DNA of 64,000 nt. It comes from an uncultured Nitrospiraceae bacterium (GTDB taxonomy: Bacteria; Nitrospirota; Nitrospiria; Nitrospirales; Nitrospiraceae). The notes below the pieces were generated by a model. That model made no database searches. It was not told the DNA's origin and was given only the letters and a program-made list of their open reading frames with translations. Shown here one piece after another: positions 18,961-29,105 of this stretch. The stretch lies in NCBI GenBank assembly GCA_963846575.1, contig CAWJWJ010000002.1:1248001-1312000 (forward strand). Reading direction: 5' to 3'. Every line of letters begins with the position of its first letter. Position 1 is the first letter of the stretch. A program made the position numbers and the translations under genes.

Positions 18961-20105
18961 GGCCGGGCTGGATCCCGTTGGTGTCTTTGGCAGGGGTCCT
19001 CACTCTGTGGGCCTGTAGCCAAACGCAGGAGTCGAACTCCTCCTCGTCGTCCGCCTCTTCCAACGGCGTGTCTTCACAAGAGGTACCCTCGGCTGCAAGT
19101 CAGATCGAAACGGCCGTGGTGGACTTCAAACCGGTCCAGCCCGAGCTGATACTGGTCGGAAAAGTGGCCTATGGCGAAGATCGCTACTCGCGAATTTCTT
19201 CTCCCTTGCAAGGCCGTGTCGTGGAGGTACGGGCCCGCCTTGGCGATCACGTGGAGGCCGGTTCCACCCTTCTGGTCATCGACAGCTCCGACATCACGGC
19301 GGCCTATTCCGAATTCGTCAAAGAAGCGTCGGAGATGGAATACTCGAGCCGCGCCCAGGAATTGGCGAAGGAGCTCTACGCGACCAAGGCGCTGGCGCTC
19401 AAGGATCTCAAACAAGCCGAAAATGATTTGATCAAAGCGCGTGCGGAGTTCCGACGAGCGAAGGAACGATTGTTGTCATTGCGCATCCCGTCCGCTGAGT
19501 TGGAAAAACCCCTCGCGCAGCAACGCATCACTTCCCGTTTCGAGATGAAAAGCCCGTTGACCGGTACGGTGGTTGAGCGGGCCGTGACGCCGGGGCAATC
19601 GGTCGGGGGTGACGCGAGTCAGGTGTTGTTCACGGTGGCCGATTTGGATCGACTGCAAGTCGTAGCCGATGTCTACGAGCGAGACCTGGCGCTGGTCAAG
19701 GTCAGCCAGGTGGGTCGTATCAACGTGGAAGCCTACCCTGGAAAGGATTTCGCCTCCGTGGTGGCCTCCATCGGCGACGTCGTGGACCCCAACACCAGGA
19801 CGATCAAGGTCCGGGCCTGGGTAGACAATCAAGAGCAGCAGTTGAAACCAGAAATGTTTGCCCGGCTGAGGCTGGACATCGGGGACGCCAGCCCATTCTT
19901 GACGATCCCCAAAGAAGCGGTGGTCGAAATCGACGGGCGCCACTTTGTGTATGTGGTCGACGCGCCCAATCACTACCTCAAACGCGAGGTCGTCGTCTCG
20001 AATGTCTCCACTGATCAGGTCCGAATTCTCAAGGGACTGACGGCCAGTGAACGGATCGTCACGAAGGGGGCGGTGCTAATTAAGGGGCAAGAGGTGAAAG
20101 GATGA
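18957..20105 (+). CDS. czcB: RND membrane fusion protein, CzcB/CusB family
   Basis: Lipobox LWAC; SPLTGTV, LKPEMFA. Confidence 0.85.
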   Translation: MRPGWIPLVSLAGVLTLWACSQTQESNSSSSSASSNGVSSQEVPSAASQIETAVVDFKPVQPELILVGKVAYGEDRYSRISSPLQGRVVEVRARLGDHVEAGSTLLVIDSSDITAAYSEFVKEASEMEYSSRAQELAKELYATKALALKDLKQAENDLIKARAEFRRAKERLLSLRIPSAELEKPLAQQRITSRFEMKSPLTGTVVERAVTPGQSVGGDASQVLFTVADLDRLQVVADVYERDLALVKVSQVGRINVEAYPGKDFASVVASIGDVVDPNTRTIKVRAWVDNQEQQLKPEMFARLRLDIGDASPFLTIPKEAVVEIDGRHFVYVVDAPNHYLKREVVVSNVSTDQVRILKGLTASERIVTKGAVLIKGQEVKG

Positions 20106-20162
20106 CACGATGATCGTGGCGATGGCTCCGACCCTCTCTGACCGGCACAGGTCCCCAGGCCC

Positions 20163-23100
20163 ATGATCGTTCGTATCGTCGAATTGTCGCTCGTTCAACG
20201 GTTCCTCGTCTGCGCCCTCGGATTCTGTCTCCTCTTCGGCGGGCTCTACGCGTTTCAACAGCTCGACATCGTGGCCTATCCGGACCCTTCCCCTCCCATG
20301 GTTGAGGTCATTACGCAGTTTCCGGGCTGGTCCGCCGAAGAAATCGAGCGCCAAATCACCATTCCCATCGAAGTGGCGCTGAATGGGGCTCCGGGACTGA
20401 CTGATATCCGATCCCTTTCGATCTTCGGGCTGAGTGATATCAAGGTCTACTTCGACTTCAACACCCAGTACTTTTTTGACCGGCAGGAGGTCATCAACCG
20501 CCTGGCCACGATCACCCTTCCTCAAGATGTACAACCATCCCTGTCCCCCTGGTGGGCGATCGCGGAAATCTATCGCTACGAGCTGGCCAGCGACGGGAAG
20601 ACGAATCTGACCGACCTCAAAACCATTCAAGATTGGCAACTGCGCCGGGAATTTCGACGGGTGCCGGGCGTGATGGATGTCACCGCGTTTGGAGGCACGA
20701 CCCAGGAGTATCACGTCGATATCGATCCGGGAAAACTGATCAGCTATGGGGTCAGCCTGCCGCAGGTCATGGAAGCCTTGACCAACAGCAATGCCAATGT
20801 CGGCGGCAATTACCTCACCCTGGGCGCGCAAAACTACAACATCCGCGGGCTGGGCCTGATCAATGGGCTGGAGGATATTCAGAACGTCATGGTGGCCGAA
20901 AAGGAAGGCACCCCTATCTTTGTGAAGACGCTGGGAACTGTGTCGGTCGGCCATCGGGTGCGGCTGGGCAAAGTCGGGATTGATGATAATGACGATGTGG
21001 TGGAAGGGGTCATCTTATTGCAACGCGGCTATAAGGCGCTGTCGGTGCTCGAACGGGTGCGCCAGAAAGTCGATGAGCTGAACAAGTGGAAGTTGCCCGA
21101 CGGGGTGAAGATTAAAACATTTTATGACCGGACCGCTCTGATTCATACCACCGTCGAAACGGTCACCGATATTTTGATCAGCGGCATGGTGCTGGTCTTC
21201 ATTATCCTCTTTGTCTTTCTCGGCCACTTGCGCGCCTCGATCATCGTGGCCCTGACCATTCCGATGTCGCTGCTGTTTACCTTCACCATGATGGTCGTGA
21301 TCGGGCAGTCGGCCAATCTGATTTCGCTCGGCGCCATCGATTTTGGCATCATCGTCGATGCGACGCTGATCATGGTAGAGAGCATCTTCTTTCATTTGGC
21401 CCATGACCAACGCCTCGGGTTGACGGTGCCGCAACAGATCGTGCGGGCTTCACGCCAGGTGGGGCGGCCGATCTTTTTTTCCACCGCCATCATCGTGGTC
21501 GCCTTCATTCCGTTGTTCACGATGACGGGCGTCCCGGGAAAAATTTTCGCGCCGATGTCCATCACGTACGGATTTGCGCTGTTCGGGGCGCTTCTCATGG
21601 CCTTTACGCTGGCACCCGTGCTCTGCTCGTTGTTCCTGACCGAAGCCGTCAAGGAAGAAGACACGCGTTTCGTCGGAGCGATCCGCCGGAGCTATCTCGC
21701 CGTCTTGCGGTGGGCCTTGAACAACAACATGAAAGTGATCGCGGCCTCACTGCTGCTGCTGGTGACCGCCTTTGGCGCCATGCAATTTGTGGGTGGGGAG
21801 TTCATGCCGGCGCTGGAGGAAGGGAATCTCTGGGTTCGCGCCACGATGCCGGTCGATATCTCGTTCGATGAGGCCGCGCGGCTGACGGGCGAAATCAGGC
21901 AGATGTTCCGCCGATCACCCGAGGTCGTGACGATCGTCTCACAACTGGGGAGACCCGACGACGGAACCGACCCCACCAGCTTCTTCAACGCGGAATTCCT
22001 CGCCAATCTCAAACCGCGGAAGGGCTGGCGGCCGGGTTTGGACAAGGATCAGCTGGTGGAGGAAATCGAAGCGCGCGTCAAGACCATCCCCGGCGTCATC
22101 TTCAACTTTTCGCAAGTGATCCAAGACAACGTCGAAGAGGCCATGTCCGGGGTAAAGGGCGAGAATTCGATCAAGTTATTCGGCACGGATCTCAAGACGA
22201 TGGAAGCGAAGGCGGTGGAAATCGAGACCGTCATGAAGGGCGTACGGGGCGTCAAAGATCTCGGGATCTTCCGGTTGGTGGGGCAGCCCAATCTTTTGAT
22301 TCAGGTCGACCGGGAAGCCAGCGCCCGGTATGGGTTGCGGGTCTCCGACGTCAATGCCGTGGTGCAGGCGGCTGTGGGCGGACAGGGTGTGACGCAGGTG
22401 TATGAAGGCGAGCGGCTGTTTGATCTCGTGGTCCGGTTTCTGCCCGAGTTCAGGAGAGATGCCGAAGCCATTGGGAATATTCTCGTGAGTACGCCAAACG
22501 GGGCGCGGATTCCCTTGAAGCAGGTGGCGACGATCAAGACACACACCGGCGCCTTCATTATCTATCGTGAAAACAACGAACGGTATATCCCCATCAAATT
22601 CAGCGTCCGTGACCGTGATCTGGAGAGCACCGTGAAAGAGGCCCAGGCCAAAATGGCGAAGACCGTGTCGCTTCCTGAGCGATACCGGATCGAATGGGCA
22701 GGTCAGTACGATCAACTCACCGAAGAACAAAAGCGGTTGACGATGATCGTACCGGTGAGCCTCGTGTTGATCCTCTTCCTGCTCTACACGACCTTCAATT
22801 CGCTCAAGAATGCGCTGCTGGTCTTGGTGACCGTGCCGTTTGCGCTCATCGGCGGTATCTTTTCCCTCGTGCTGACCAGCACCAATTTCAGTATTTCCGC
22901 CGCGGTCGGGGTTATCTCGACTCTGGGAGTGGCGATTCTCGGGGGAGTCCTGTTAATCTCACGTATCGAAGATTTCCGGCGCGCCGGCGCGACGCTGCGC
23001 GAGGCGGTCCTGAAGGGGGCAGATGTTCAGATGCGCCCCATTCTCATGGCCACCCTGGCAGCCGCCATTGGACTGCTTCCCGCAGCCTTGGCGACGGGGA

Positions 23101-23267
23101 TCGGATCGCAGGCGCAGAAACCCCTTGCCCGGGTGGTCGTAGGGGGGATGCTGACGGCGGCGGTGCTCATTCTGGTCGTGCTTCCCGTGCTCTACGAAGT
23201 GGTTCATCGCCGTAGCGCGACCGAGCAACCGGTTGAGGGGGAGCCTGAATCAGCGGACCCCCAATAA
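20163..23267 (+). CDS. czcA: Heavy-metal RND transporter, CzcA/CusA family
   Basis: AYPD..P, EEIERQITIPIE, SLGAIDFGIIVD, RPILM. Confidence 0.93.
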   Translation: MIVRIVELSLVQRFLVCALGFCLLFGGLYAFQQLDIVAYPDPSPPMVEVITQFPGWSAEEIERQITIPIEVALNGAPGLTDIRSLSIFGLSDIKVYFDFNTQYFFDRQEVINRLATITLPQDVQPSLSPWWAIAEIYRYELASDGKTNLTDLKTIQDWQLRREFRRVPGVMDVTAFGGTTQEYHVDIDPGKLISYGVSLPQVMEALTNSNANVGGNYLTLGAQNYNIRGLGLINGLEDIQNVMVAEKEGTPIFVKTLGTVSVGHRVRLGKVGIDDNDDVVEGVILLQRGYKALSVLERVRQKVDELNKWKLPDGVKIKTFYDRTALIHTTVETVTDILISGMVLVFIILFVFLGHLRASIIVALTIPMSLLFTFTMMVVIGQSANLISLGAIDFGIIVDATLIMVESIFFHLAHDQRLGLTVPQQIVRASRQVGRPIFFSTAIIVVAFIPLFTMTGVPGKIFAPMSITYGFALFGALLMAFTLAPVLCSLFLTEAVKEEDTRFVGAIRRSYLAVLRWALNNNMKVIAASLLLLVTAFGAMQFVGGEFMPALEEGNLWVRATMPVDISFDEAARLTGEIRQMFRRSPEVVTIVSQLGRPDDGTDPTSFFNAEFLANLKPRKGWRPGLDKDQLVEEIEARVKTIPGVIFNFSQVIQDNVEEAMSGVKGENSIKLFGTDLKTMEAKAVEIETVMKGVRGVKDLGIFRLVGQPNLLIQVDREASARYGLRVSDVNAVVQAAVGGQGVTQVYEGERLFDLVVRFLPEFRRDAEAIGNILVSTPNGARIPLKQVATIKTHTGAFIIYRENNERYIPIKFSVRDRDLESTVKEAQAKMAKTVSLPERYRIEWAGQYDQLTEEQKRLTMIVPVSLVLILFLLYTTFNSLKNALLVLVTVPFALIGGIFSLVLTSTNFSISAAVGVISTLGVAILGGVLLISRIEDFRRAGATLREAVLKGADVQMRPILMATLAAAIGLLPAALATGIGSQAQKPLARVVVGGMLTAAVLILVVLPVLYEVVHRRSATEQPVEGEPESADPQ

Positions 23268-23292
23268 TGGCAACGCTTTTGAGAAGGTGGTC

Positions 23293-24099
23293 ATGATGAT
23301 GAAACTAAAGCAGCGGTGGTTCTATCGTGTATTCGTTTCCAGCTGTGCCTTGATGGGAGTGGCGGGAATGGTCCTGGGCGAGGCCCGGTCTGCTCCCACC
23401 GTCTGGCCGGTCCAGATGCCCTATGAGGCCCCGCCCAAATCCGAACCGGTGCCCGATGTTTCCGTGCCCCCCAATACCAATCCCCTCACTCCGGAAGAAT
23501 TAAAGCGGGCAGAGGCGTTGCTGCCCTTGCTGGAGGGCAAACAGGAGTTTTGGGCGATGGGAGAATTTGTCCATCTGGGCGAGTCGGTTATTCCGGTGGT
23601 GACGAAGGCATTGACGATGCCTGGCCCTCGGATCCGGTACAACGCGATTGAGACCATATCGATGATCAAGGCCCCGAGGGCCGTGCCGGCGTTACTGGAC
23701 ACGGCCAAGCAGAGTGACGAGATTCCACGGATCAGGGAACATGCCCTCCGGGTGGCCGTGCGCCTCGATCCGCTTCAAACCCCGCCCGCCATCGAATTGA
23801 TGGCGAAAGACCCTAATTCGATGATTCGAAAGGCGGCGGCGTTCGAAGCGCGGTACGTCCGCCATAAAGACGTGATTCAACCGCTGATCGATATGATCGG
23901 GGACGAGGAGCGATTTGTGGCCATGTCCGCCGTGCAGTCGTTGTGGATGCTCACAAGGCATGAAACGGAATTTCACGACTGGGACGCCTCCAGCAGGCAG
24001 GATCGGCAGGCTTGGGCGCAGGAATGGACGGAATGGTGGACTCAGTCGAAAGAGTCGTTTGAATTGCCGGAGCCCAGGGTTCGGCGACGGCCCTCCTGA
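23293..24099 (+). CDS. Secreted HEAT-repeat protein
   Basis: Signal peptide; repeats IRYNAIETI, IREHALRVA, IRKAAAF, VAMSAVQSL. Confidence 0.7.
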   Translation: MMMKLKQRWFYRVFVSSCALMGVAGMVLGEARSAPTVWPVQMPYEAPPKSEPVPDVSVPPNTNPLTPEELKRAEALLPLLEGKQEFWAMGEFVHLGESVIPVVTKALTMPGPRIRYNAIETISMIKAPRAVPALLDTAKQSDEIPRIREHALRVAVRLDPLQTPPAIELMAKDPNSMIRKAAAFEARYVRHKDVIQPLIDMIGDEERFVAMSAVQSLWMLTRHETEFHDWDASSRQDRQAWAQEWTEWWTQSKESFELPEPRVRRRPS

Positions 24100-24309
24100 G
24101 AGTTGGCCGGGCAGGCAGAGTCCCGGGCCGGTCAGCACAGAGCTTTTCGGAGTGAACGGTGCCGGTGTGAAGGCCGCCTGCTGAAGCGGGTGGCGGAGAA
24201 CCTTCGACGAGCTGGTTGCGGTTTTTTCAGAGGTCGTGGTAGGAATAAAAAGATCGGTGGTGCCGCTGACGTCGGTGGCGCGGCGGGGAACATTACACAA
24301 GGGTGCAGC

Positions 24310-24840
24310 ATGGCGATACTGGCAATAAGCAAACTCGGCAATCCTATTCTCCGGCAAAAGGCCTTGCCGATGAGCCCCGGCGATATCAAGAAAGCATCCT
24401 TCCAGCAACTCATTGATGACATGTTTGAAACCATGTACGACGAGCCGGGCATCGGATTGGCCGCTCCGCAGGTGGGGCGCTCCCAACAGCTTGTCGTCAT
24501 GGATTGCCCCGGGGAGGGTGGTTTTCCCAAGACCGTGCTCATCAATCCCACCATTCTCTTTTACGGGCCGGATCAGACGGAGGGCTGGGAGGGATGTCTG
24601 AGCGTCGATGGTCTCCGCGGCAAGGTGACGCGTCCATCGAGCGTCCGCGTTACGGGATTGGATCGTGATGCGAAGCCCGTGGATTTCGAAGCGAGCGGGT
24701 TATACGCCGTGTGCATCCAACACGAAATCGATCACCTCCTCGGGAAGTTATTTCTCGATCGCATGAGTGATTTCTCCACGCTGACGCAGATGGATGAGTT
24801 TCAGAAGTACTGGCAAAAAGAAACCGCCAGTGTCATCTAA
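24310..24840 (+). CDS. def: Peptide deformylase
   Basis: GIGLAAPQ, EGCLS, QHEIDH; start MAILAISKLGNPIL. Confidence 0.96.
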   Translation: MAILAISKLGNPILRQKALPMSPGDIKKASFQQLIDDMFETMYDEPGIGLAAPQVGRSQQLVVMDCPGEGGFPKTVLINPTILFYGPDQTEGWEGCLSVDGLRGKVTRPSSVRVTGLDRDAKPVDFEASGLYAVCIQHEIDHLLGKLFLDRMSDFSTLTQMDEFQKYWQKETASVI

Positions 24841-24864
24841 TCTCTCCCGGATCGACGGGTCGTC

Positions 24865-26589
24865 GTGAATTCTCTCCTGCGCGTACTCTCCTACCTCAAG
24901 CCGTTCCGAATGCTGGCCGCAGTCACGTTCCTCTGCGCCGGCCTTGCCACGGCGTTGGAACTGGTCCCGCCCTACCTGATCAAGATCATCATCGACGACG
25001 TCATCCAGTCGAAGCGTCCCGAGATCCTGTCGTGGGTCCTGGGAGCACTGCTCGCATCGTACATCCTACGAAACCTGGTGAGTTCGATGCGGGTCCGGTT
25101 CAACAATCTGCTTGAACAGAAGGCCGTTCACGCACTACGCATGCAGGTGTTCGGGGCGCTCCAACGTTTGTCGTTAAGCTACTTTGAGAACCGGTCGACC
25201 GGAGAAATCATGACCCGGGTAACGAGCGACACCGAACATGTCGAGCGAATCTTCGTCGACGGCCTCGAAGGGTTATTGACCGCTTCGTTGACGTTGATCG
25301 GGATCATGATCATGTTGTTTGTGTTGAATTGGAAACTGGCGCTGCTCTCGCTGTTGCCCATTCCTATTCTGGCAGTCTGTGCCGCCTGGTTTACCCGGAG
25401 GGTCCATGGGTACTACGCGCAAATGCGCAAAAGCGTGGCAGAACTCAATGCGTACCTTCAGGACGCCCTGTCCGGCATCAAGGAAACGATCGGGTTCAAT
25501 CAGCACGAGTATGAGCGGAAGAGGTTTGAAAATTTGAGCCAAGCCTACAGCCGCAGCAGTTTACGCGCCATGTATTTGTGGTCCTGGTATTGGCCGGGCA
25601 TGGTGTTCGTGGGCAGCACCGGGACGGTGTTGATTTTGTGGTATGGCGCAGGAGAGGTCCTGGCAGGACATTTGACGGTCGGTGAGTTGGTGATGTTCCT
25701 CTCCTACCTCGGCCTGTTTTACACCCCGATCAACGAAATTCACTCGCTCAATCACATGTTGCAACATGCCTTGGCGGCCAGTGAGCGCGTGTTCGAGATT
25801 CTCGACACCAAATCAGAAGTCGAAGACCGGCCAGGCGTTACGGCGCCGGCCGAGCGGTTGAGCGGCGCGGTCGAGTATCGAGAGGTGAGCTTCGGGTACC
25901 GGCAGGACGGGATCGTATTATCCGACGTCAACCTTACGGTCAAGCCTGGCGAGCGAATCGCATTGGTGGGGCCGAGCGGAGCCGGAAAGACCTCCCTGCT
26001 GAAACTCTTGATGCGGTTTTACGACGTGGGTAGTGGCGCGGTGCTGGTGGATGGGCATGATGTCCGGGATCTACCGGTGGCGTTTTTGAGAGGTCAGGTC
26101 GGTCTCGTTCAGCAGGAACCCTTTCTTTTCAACGGGACGGTCCGCGAAAACATCGTCTATAGCGATTTGTCGGCCGGTCACGAACGCGTCGAGGCGGCGG
26201 CCCGCGCGGCCCGGGCCCATGACTTTATCACCCGCTTGCCTGACGGGTATGATAGCTGGATCGGCGAGCGCGGCGTGAAGTTGTCGGTGGGGCAGAAACA
26301 GCGGGTCTCCATTGCGCGGGTGCTGCTGAAGGATCCGCCGATCGTGATCTTTGACGAGGCGACGTCCAACATCGACACCGAGACGGAGGTGAAGATTCGC
26401 GAGGCCCTGAACGATCTGACCAAGGGCCGGACGACCTTCATCATTGCCCATCGCTTGGCGACGCTGCACGACGTCGATCGCATCCTGGTGGTTGAGCAGG
26501 GCAGCATCGTCGAAGAAGGCAATCACGAGGCTCTCATGCGCGTAGGAGGTGTCTATGCCGGCCTCTACGAAGCTCAGTTTAAGATCTAG
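24865..26589 (+). CDS. ABC exporter, fused TMD-NBD (MsbA-like)
   Basis: Multiple TM segments; GPSGAGKT, LSVGQKQR, IFDEATS, IAHRL. Confidence 0.92.
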   Translation: MNSLLRVLSYLKPFRMLAAVTFLCAGLATALELVPPYLIKIIIDDVIQSKRPEILSWVLGALLASYILRNLVSSMRVRFNNLLEQKAVHALRMQVFGALQRLSLSYFENRSTGEIMTRVTSDTEHVERIFVDGLEGLLTASLTLIGIMIMLFVLNWKLALLSLLPIPILAVCAAWFTRRVHGYYAQMRKSVAELNAYLQDALSGIKETIGFNQHEYERKRFENLSQAYSRSSLRAMYLWSWYWPGMVFVGSTGTVLILWYGAGEVLAGHLTVGELVMFLSYLGLFYTPINEIHSLNHMLQHALAASERVFEILDTKSEVEDRPGVTAPAERLSGAVEYREVSFGYRQDGIVLSDVNLTVKPGERIALVGPSGAGKTSLLKLLMRFYDVGSGAVLVDGHDVRDLPVAFLRGQVGLVQQEPFLFNGTVRENIVYSDLSAGHERVEAAARAARAHDFITRLPDGYDSWIGERGVKLSVGQKQRVSIARVLLKDPPIVIFDEATSNIDTETEVKIREALNDLTKGRTTFIIAHRLATLHDVDRILVVEQGSIVEEGNHEALMRVGGVYAGLYEAQFKI

Positions 26590-26670
26590 CGCGAGAAGGG
26601 TCGGTAGAATGGTTGCGGCCATCGAACGAAGGTCGGTATACTTTGTCACCAATCAGAGGATGTCATACCA

Positions 26671-26865
26671 ATGGTGCTGATTTACGAGAATGATCCGCTC
26701 GACAATGAGGACGCCCGAGGGCGTTTCTATCATGTGTGTCGTGGCCGTATTGATCGAACTGAAATTCAACTGCCCGCGGGTCAGTCGATCTATGAGTGCG
26801 GGGTTTGTGGAGTGGATCTGGAGCCGGAAGATTTTTGGATCGCGCGGCAGAAGGGGTCGGTGTAA
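26671..26865 (+). CDS. Small putative Zn-ribbon protein
   Basis: HxC...CGVC; tightly followed by the next ORF. Confidence 0.55.
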   Translation: MVLIYENDPLDNEDARGRFYHVCRGRIDRTEIQLPAGQSIYECGVCGVDLEPEDFWIARQKGSV

Positions 26866-26867
26866 CC

Positions 26868-27077
26868 ATGGCTGGAAGTGTAGGCCGAAAGACAGTATCT
26901 GTTTCACGTGGGCTCATGATGTTGTGTGAAACCTGTTACGATCAGGTGTATCACGAGAATCTTCCTGACGCCCGGAACTTTATCGCGAATCACGAAGCAT
27001 TGTTCGATACCATCTGTATGGGTTGCACCGACATCAATCGTCCACTGATCGATGACATGCTCGGCAGTTCGGAATAA
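26868..27077 (+). CDS. Small CxxC..CxxC protein (start 26868 or 26916)
   Basis: CETC and CMGC pairs. Confidence 0.55.
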   Translation: MAGSVGRKTVSVSRGLMMLCETCYDQVYHENLPDARNFIANHEALFDTICMGCTDINRPLIDDMLGSSE

Positions 27078-27488
27078 CTGTCAGGCGGGTCTCGTCCCTG
27101 AGAGCTGTCACAAAGCACGCTCAGCTTCGACCCTCCCGGCTAAGGCGTACCGCCTGTGGGGCGGACCATGCCGGACGCCTCATTTCTCTTAACTTTCTTA
27201 CAGTACGCCACAGTTGATGGGGGGCCGGTTGGCCCTGGTCGCCTTTGATGGTGTTGTCCGGACTCCCGCTGAGAAAGCAACCATTTGCGGGGTTTCTTGA
27301 ATCAAGGCGCTTGACGAGTCTCGGAATTCGGCCGAAAATCTGCCCGTTTCAGAAGTGATGTGGTCGGATACAATCACCTTACGGCTACGGCAGGACTGAC
27401 CGAATGTCCGATGAGGAGCGAAAGCGGAGGCCCAGTTTGCCGCGCTCAAACGCTATCTCGAACGCGACAGAAGCAGGTCGATCGCGAG

Positions 27489-27935
27489 ATGCCCGGCGCC
27501 ACGCAGCAGGAAAAGTCTGCGACGATCGGCAGGCGATTGAGCGACAACCTGCAAGCCTCGCGTGAAAAAGCAACGCGTGAGACCCTTACCTCGATTTTGC
27601 GTGGAAAGAAATTACAGCGTGAGGCGAACCAATCTGATCGCGATGATTCCGGCGGGGGATATTATTCGGAGAGGTCGGAGAGTATTTATTTGTTTGTGGA
27701 TCACACGTTCCGCCACGAAATACGGAGCTTCAGTTCCGTCTCCGGCGGCGGGCTGTCTCTCCCATCGGAGCGCAAGAGTGTCTCGTCAGGCACCTGGGCG
27801 GTGGAGATGGTGGCAGGCGACGCGCATCTCGTGCTGAGAACGGACGAAGCAATTGTGGAGAGCTGGAAAACCCGCGACGGTGGGGTTGGAGTGCAGTACC
27901 TGAATGGAGCGCGATGGAACCGGTACACACTGTGA
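27489..27935 (+). CDS. Hypothetical beta-rich protein
   Basis: ATG 27489 within ORF 27360-27935; beta-strand pattern with SGTW. Confidence 0.55.
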   Translation: MPGATQQEKSATIGRRLSDNLQASREKATRETLTSILRGKKLQREANQSDRDDSGGGYYSERSESIYLFVDHTFRHEIRSFSSVSGGGLSLPSERKSVSSGTWAVEMVAGDAHLVLRTDEAIVESWKTRDGGVGVQYLNGARWNRYTL

Positions 27936-28160
27936 CTTGTAGGTTAGGTCGTTCTAGAGGATACGGCTGATCGACATATCCCTCCTTCATCGATGCGTGG
28001 TGGTGGCATTCAATCGATTGGTCGGGGAGATCACGGAAGGGCTGGCAGTATCGCTTCGGACCCACGAGGGGGCTGGCAGGATGCTCCGGTCAGAGACTAG
28101 GCTGATCCCTACGAGGGCATGACGGACAGCTTTGAAAGCCCTCCACTCTGTCGGGCGCGG

Positions 28161-28490
28161 TTATTTACAGGCTTTCCCGTCGAAAATCAGGCAGGTGGAT
28201 TCTCCGGACTTGACCTTCCAGCTTTTCAGTAACGGGGGCTGGCCCTCGCGGGTTTCGACCACAATGTCCACCAGCCCGGATTGCGGCAATTTGTCCATAT
28301 GGGGTCGACCTGCTTCGGGTATTTCTACCCAAAACACCGCCCCGAGAGTCGAAATCAGAATGCGGCTGTTTTCGACGTCTACATTGATAATCGGACTGTA
28401 GTAGCTCTTCTCCGCGGCGGATGCGTTTCCGGAAAGCGTCATACAGCCAAGGAACAGAATGAGTGCGAAGCGCAAGAGGATAAGCCGCAT
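28161..28490 (-). CDS. Secreted hypothetical protein
   Basis: Signal peptide ending ASA; C-terminal Cys pair. Confidence 0.7.
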   Translation of the reverse strand: MRLILLRFALILFLGCMTLSGNASAAEKSYYSPIINVDVENSRILISTLGAVFWVEIPEAGRPHMDKLPQSGLVDIVVETREGQPPLLKSWKVKSGESTCLIFDGKACK

Positions 28491-28591
28491 CGATCGCTCC
28501 CTTCATGATAGATCAGGGCGCGATTATGCCATCGTTGCCGATCGATTGGTAGAGGGGGGAGCGCAGAATCGACGGACCGGTTGGGGGGAGA

Positions 28592-29104
28592 TCAGACAAT
28601 ATGGACGTCGGCGGGGCGAACCTTACCGCCGGTAATCCAATAGGTACGAATATCTGCCGCGGGGGCATGCATGAGCGAGACGAGGAGGTAGGCAGGGACA
28701 GGCAAGTTGATTCGCTGCCAGATCTCCTCATAGTCGGTGGCGATCTTGATGTCCGTGTGGGAAGGTCGGGCCGGGTCCTTGGGATGGGAATGGTACACCA
28801 CCTGAAGGTCGAGACCCTGCTTACGGATGTCCTTCTTGGCCGCTGAAAAGTCCTGCATGTCCATCACAAAGGCGATTTCGGCCCGTTCCTCCGGTGACAG
28901 TCGTTCGAGGTGGGCGACTTTATCATCGTCGAAGGTGGACAGCTTTTCTGCTCCTTCGAGGGCCACGATATTCGTGATGCGGTAGAGATGTGTCACCGCC
29001 TTGTTCGTGCCGGCGAGCAGCCCGCAGCATTCGAATGGAGCCAGTTCCCTGGCGTGGGCGACGATTTGGTCCAGTATGTGCTGCGGGATCGAAAGGTCTG
29101 GCAT
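28592..29104 (-). CDS. JAMM/Mov34 metallopeptidase (Mec-like carrier-processing enzyme)
   Basis: PFECCGLL and YHSHPKDPARPSHTD (E...HxH-x7-S-x2-D). Confidence 0.92.
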   Translation of the reverse strand: MPDLSIPQHILDQIVAHARELAPFECCGLLAGTNKAVTHLYRITNIVALEGAEKLSTFDDDKVAHLERLSPEERAEIAFVMDMQDFSAAKKDIRKQGLDLQVVYHSHPKDPARPSHTDIKIATDYEEIWQRINLPVPAYLLVSLMHAPAADIRTYWITGGKVRPADVHIV

Positions 29105-29105
29105 G

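Noticed and set aside
24103..24309. N-terminal extensions in the ORF track (def from 24103; also 31914, 32725, 33842, 46287, 58420)
   Set aside because: Family homology starts at downstream ATGs; extensions overlap neighbouring genes or promoters
27936..28160. Short repeats GGGCTGGCAG and ACGAGGG in an intergenic gap
   Set aside because: Only two copies each with irregular spacing; compatible with chance
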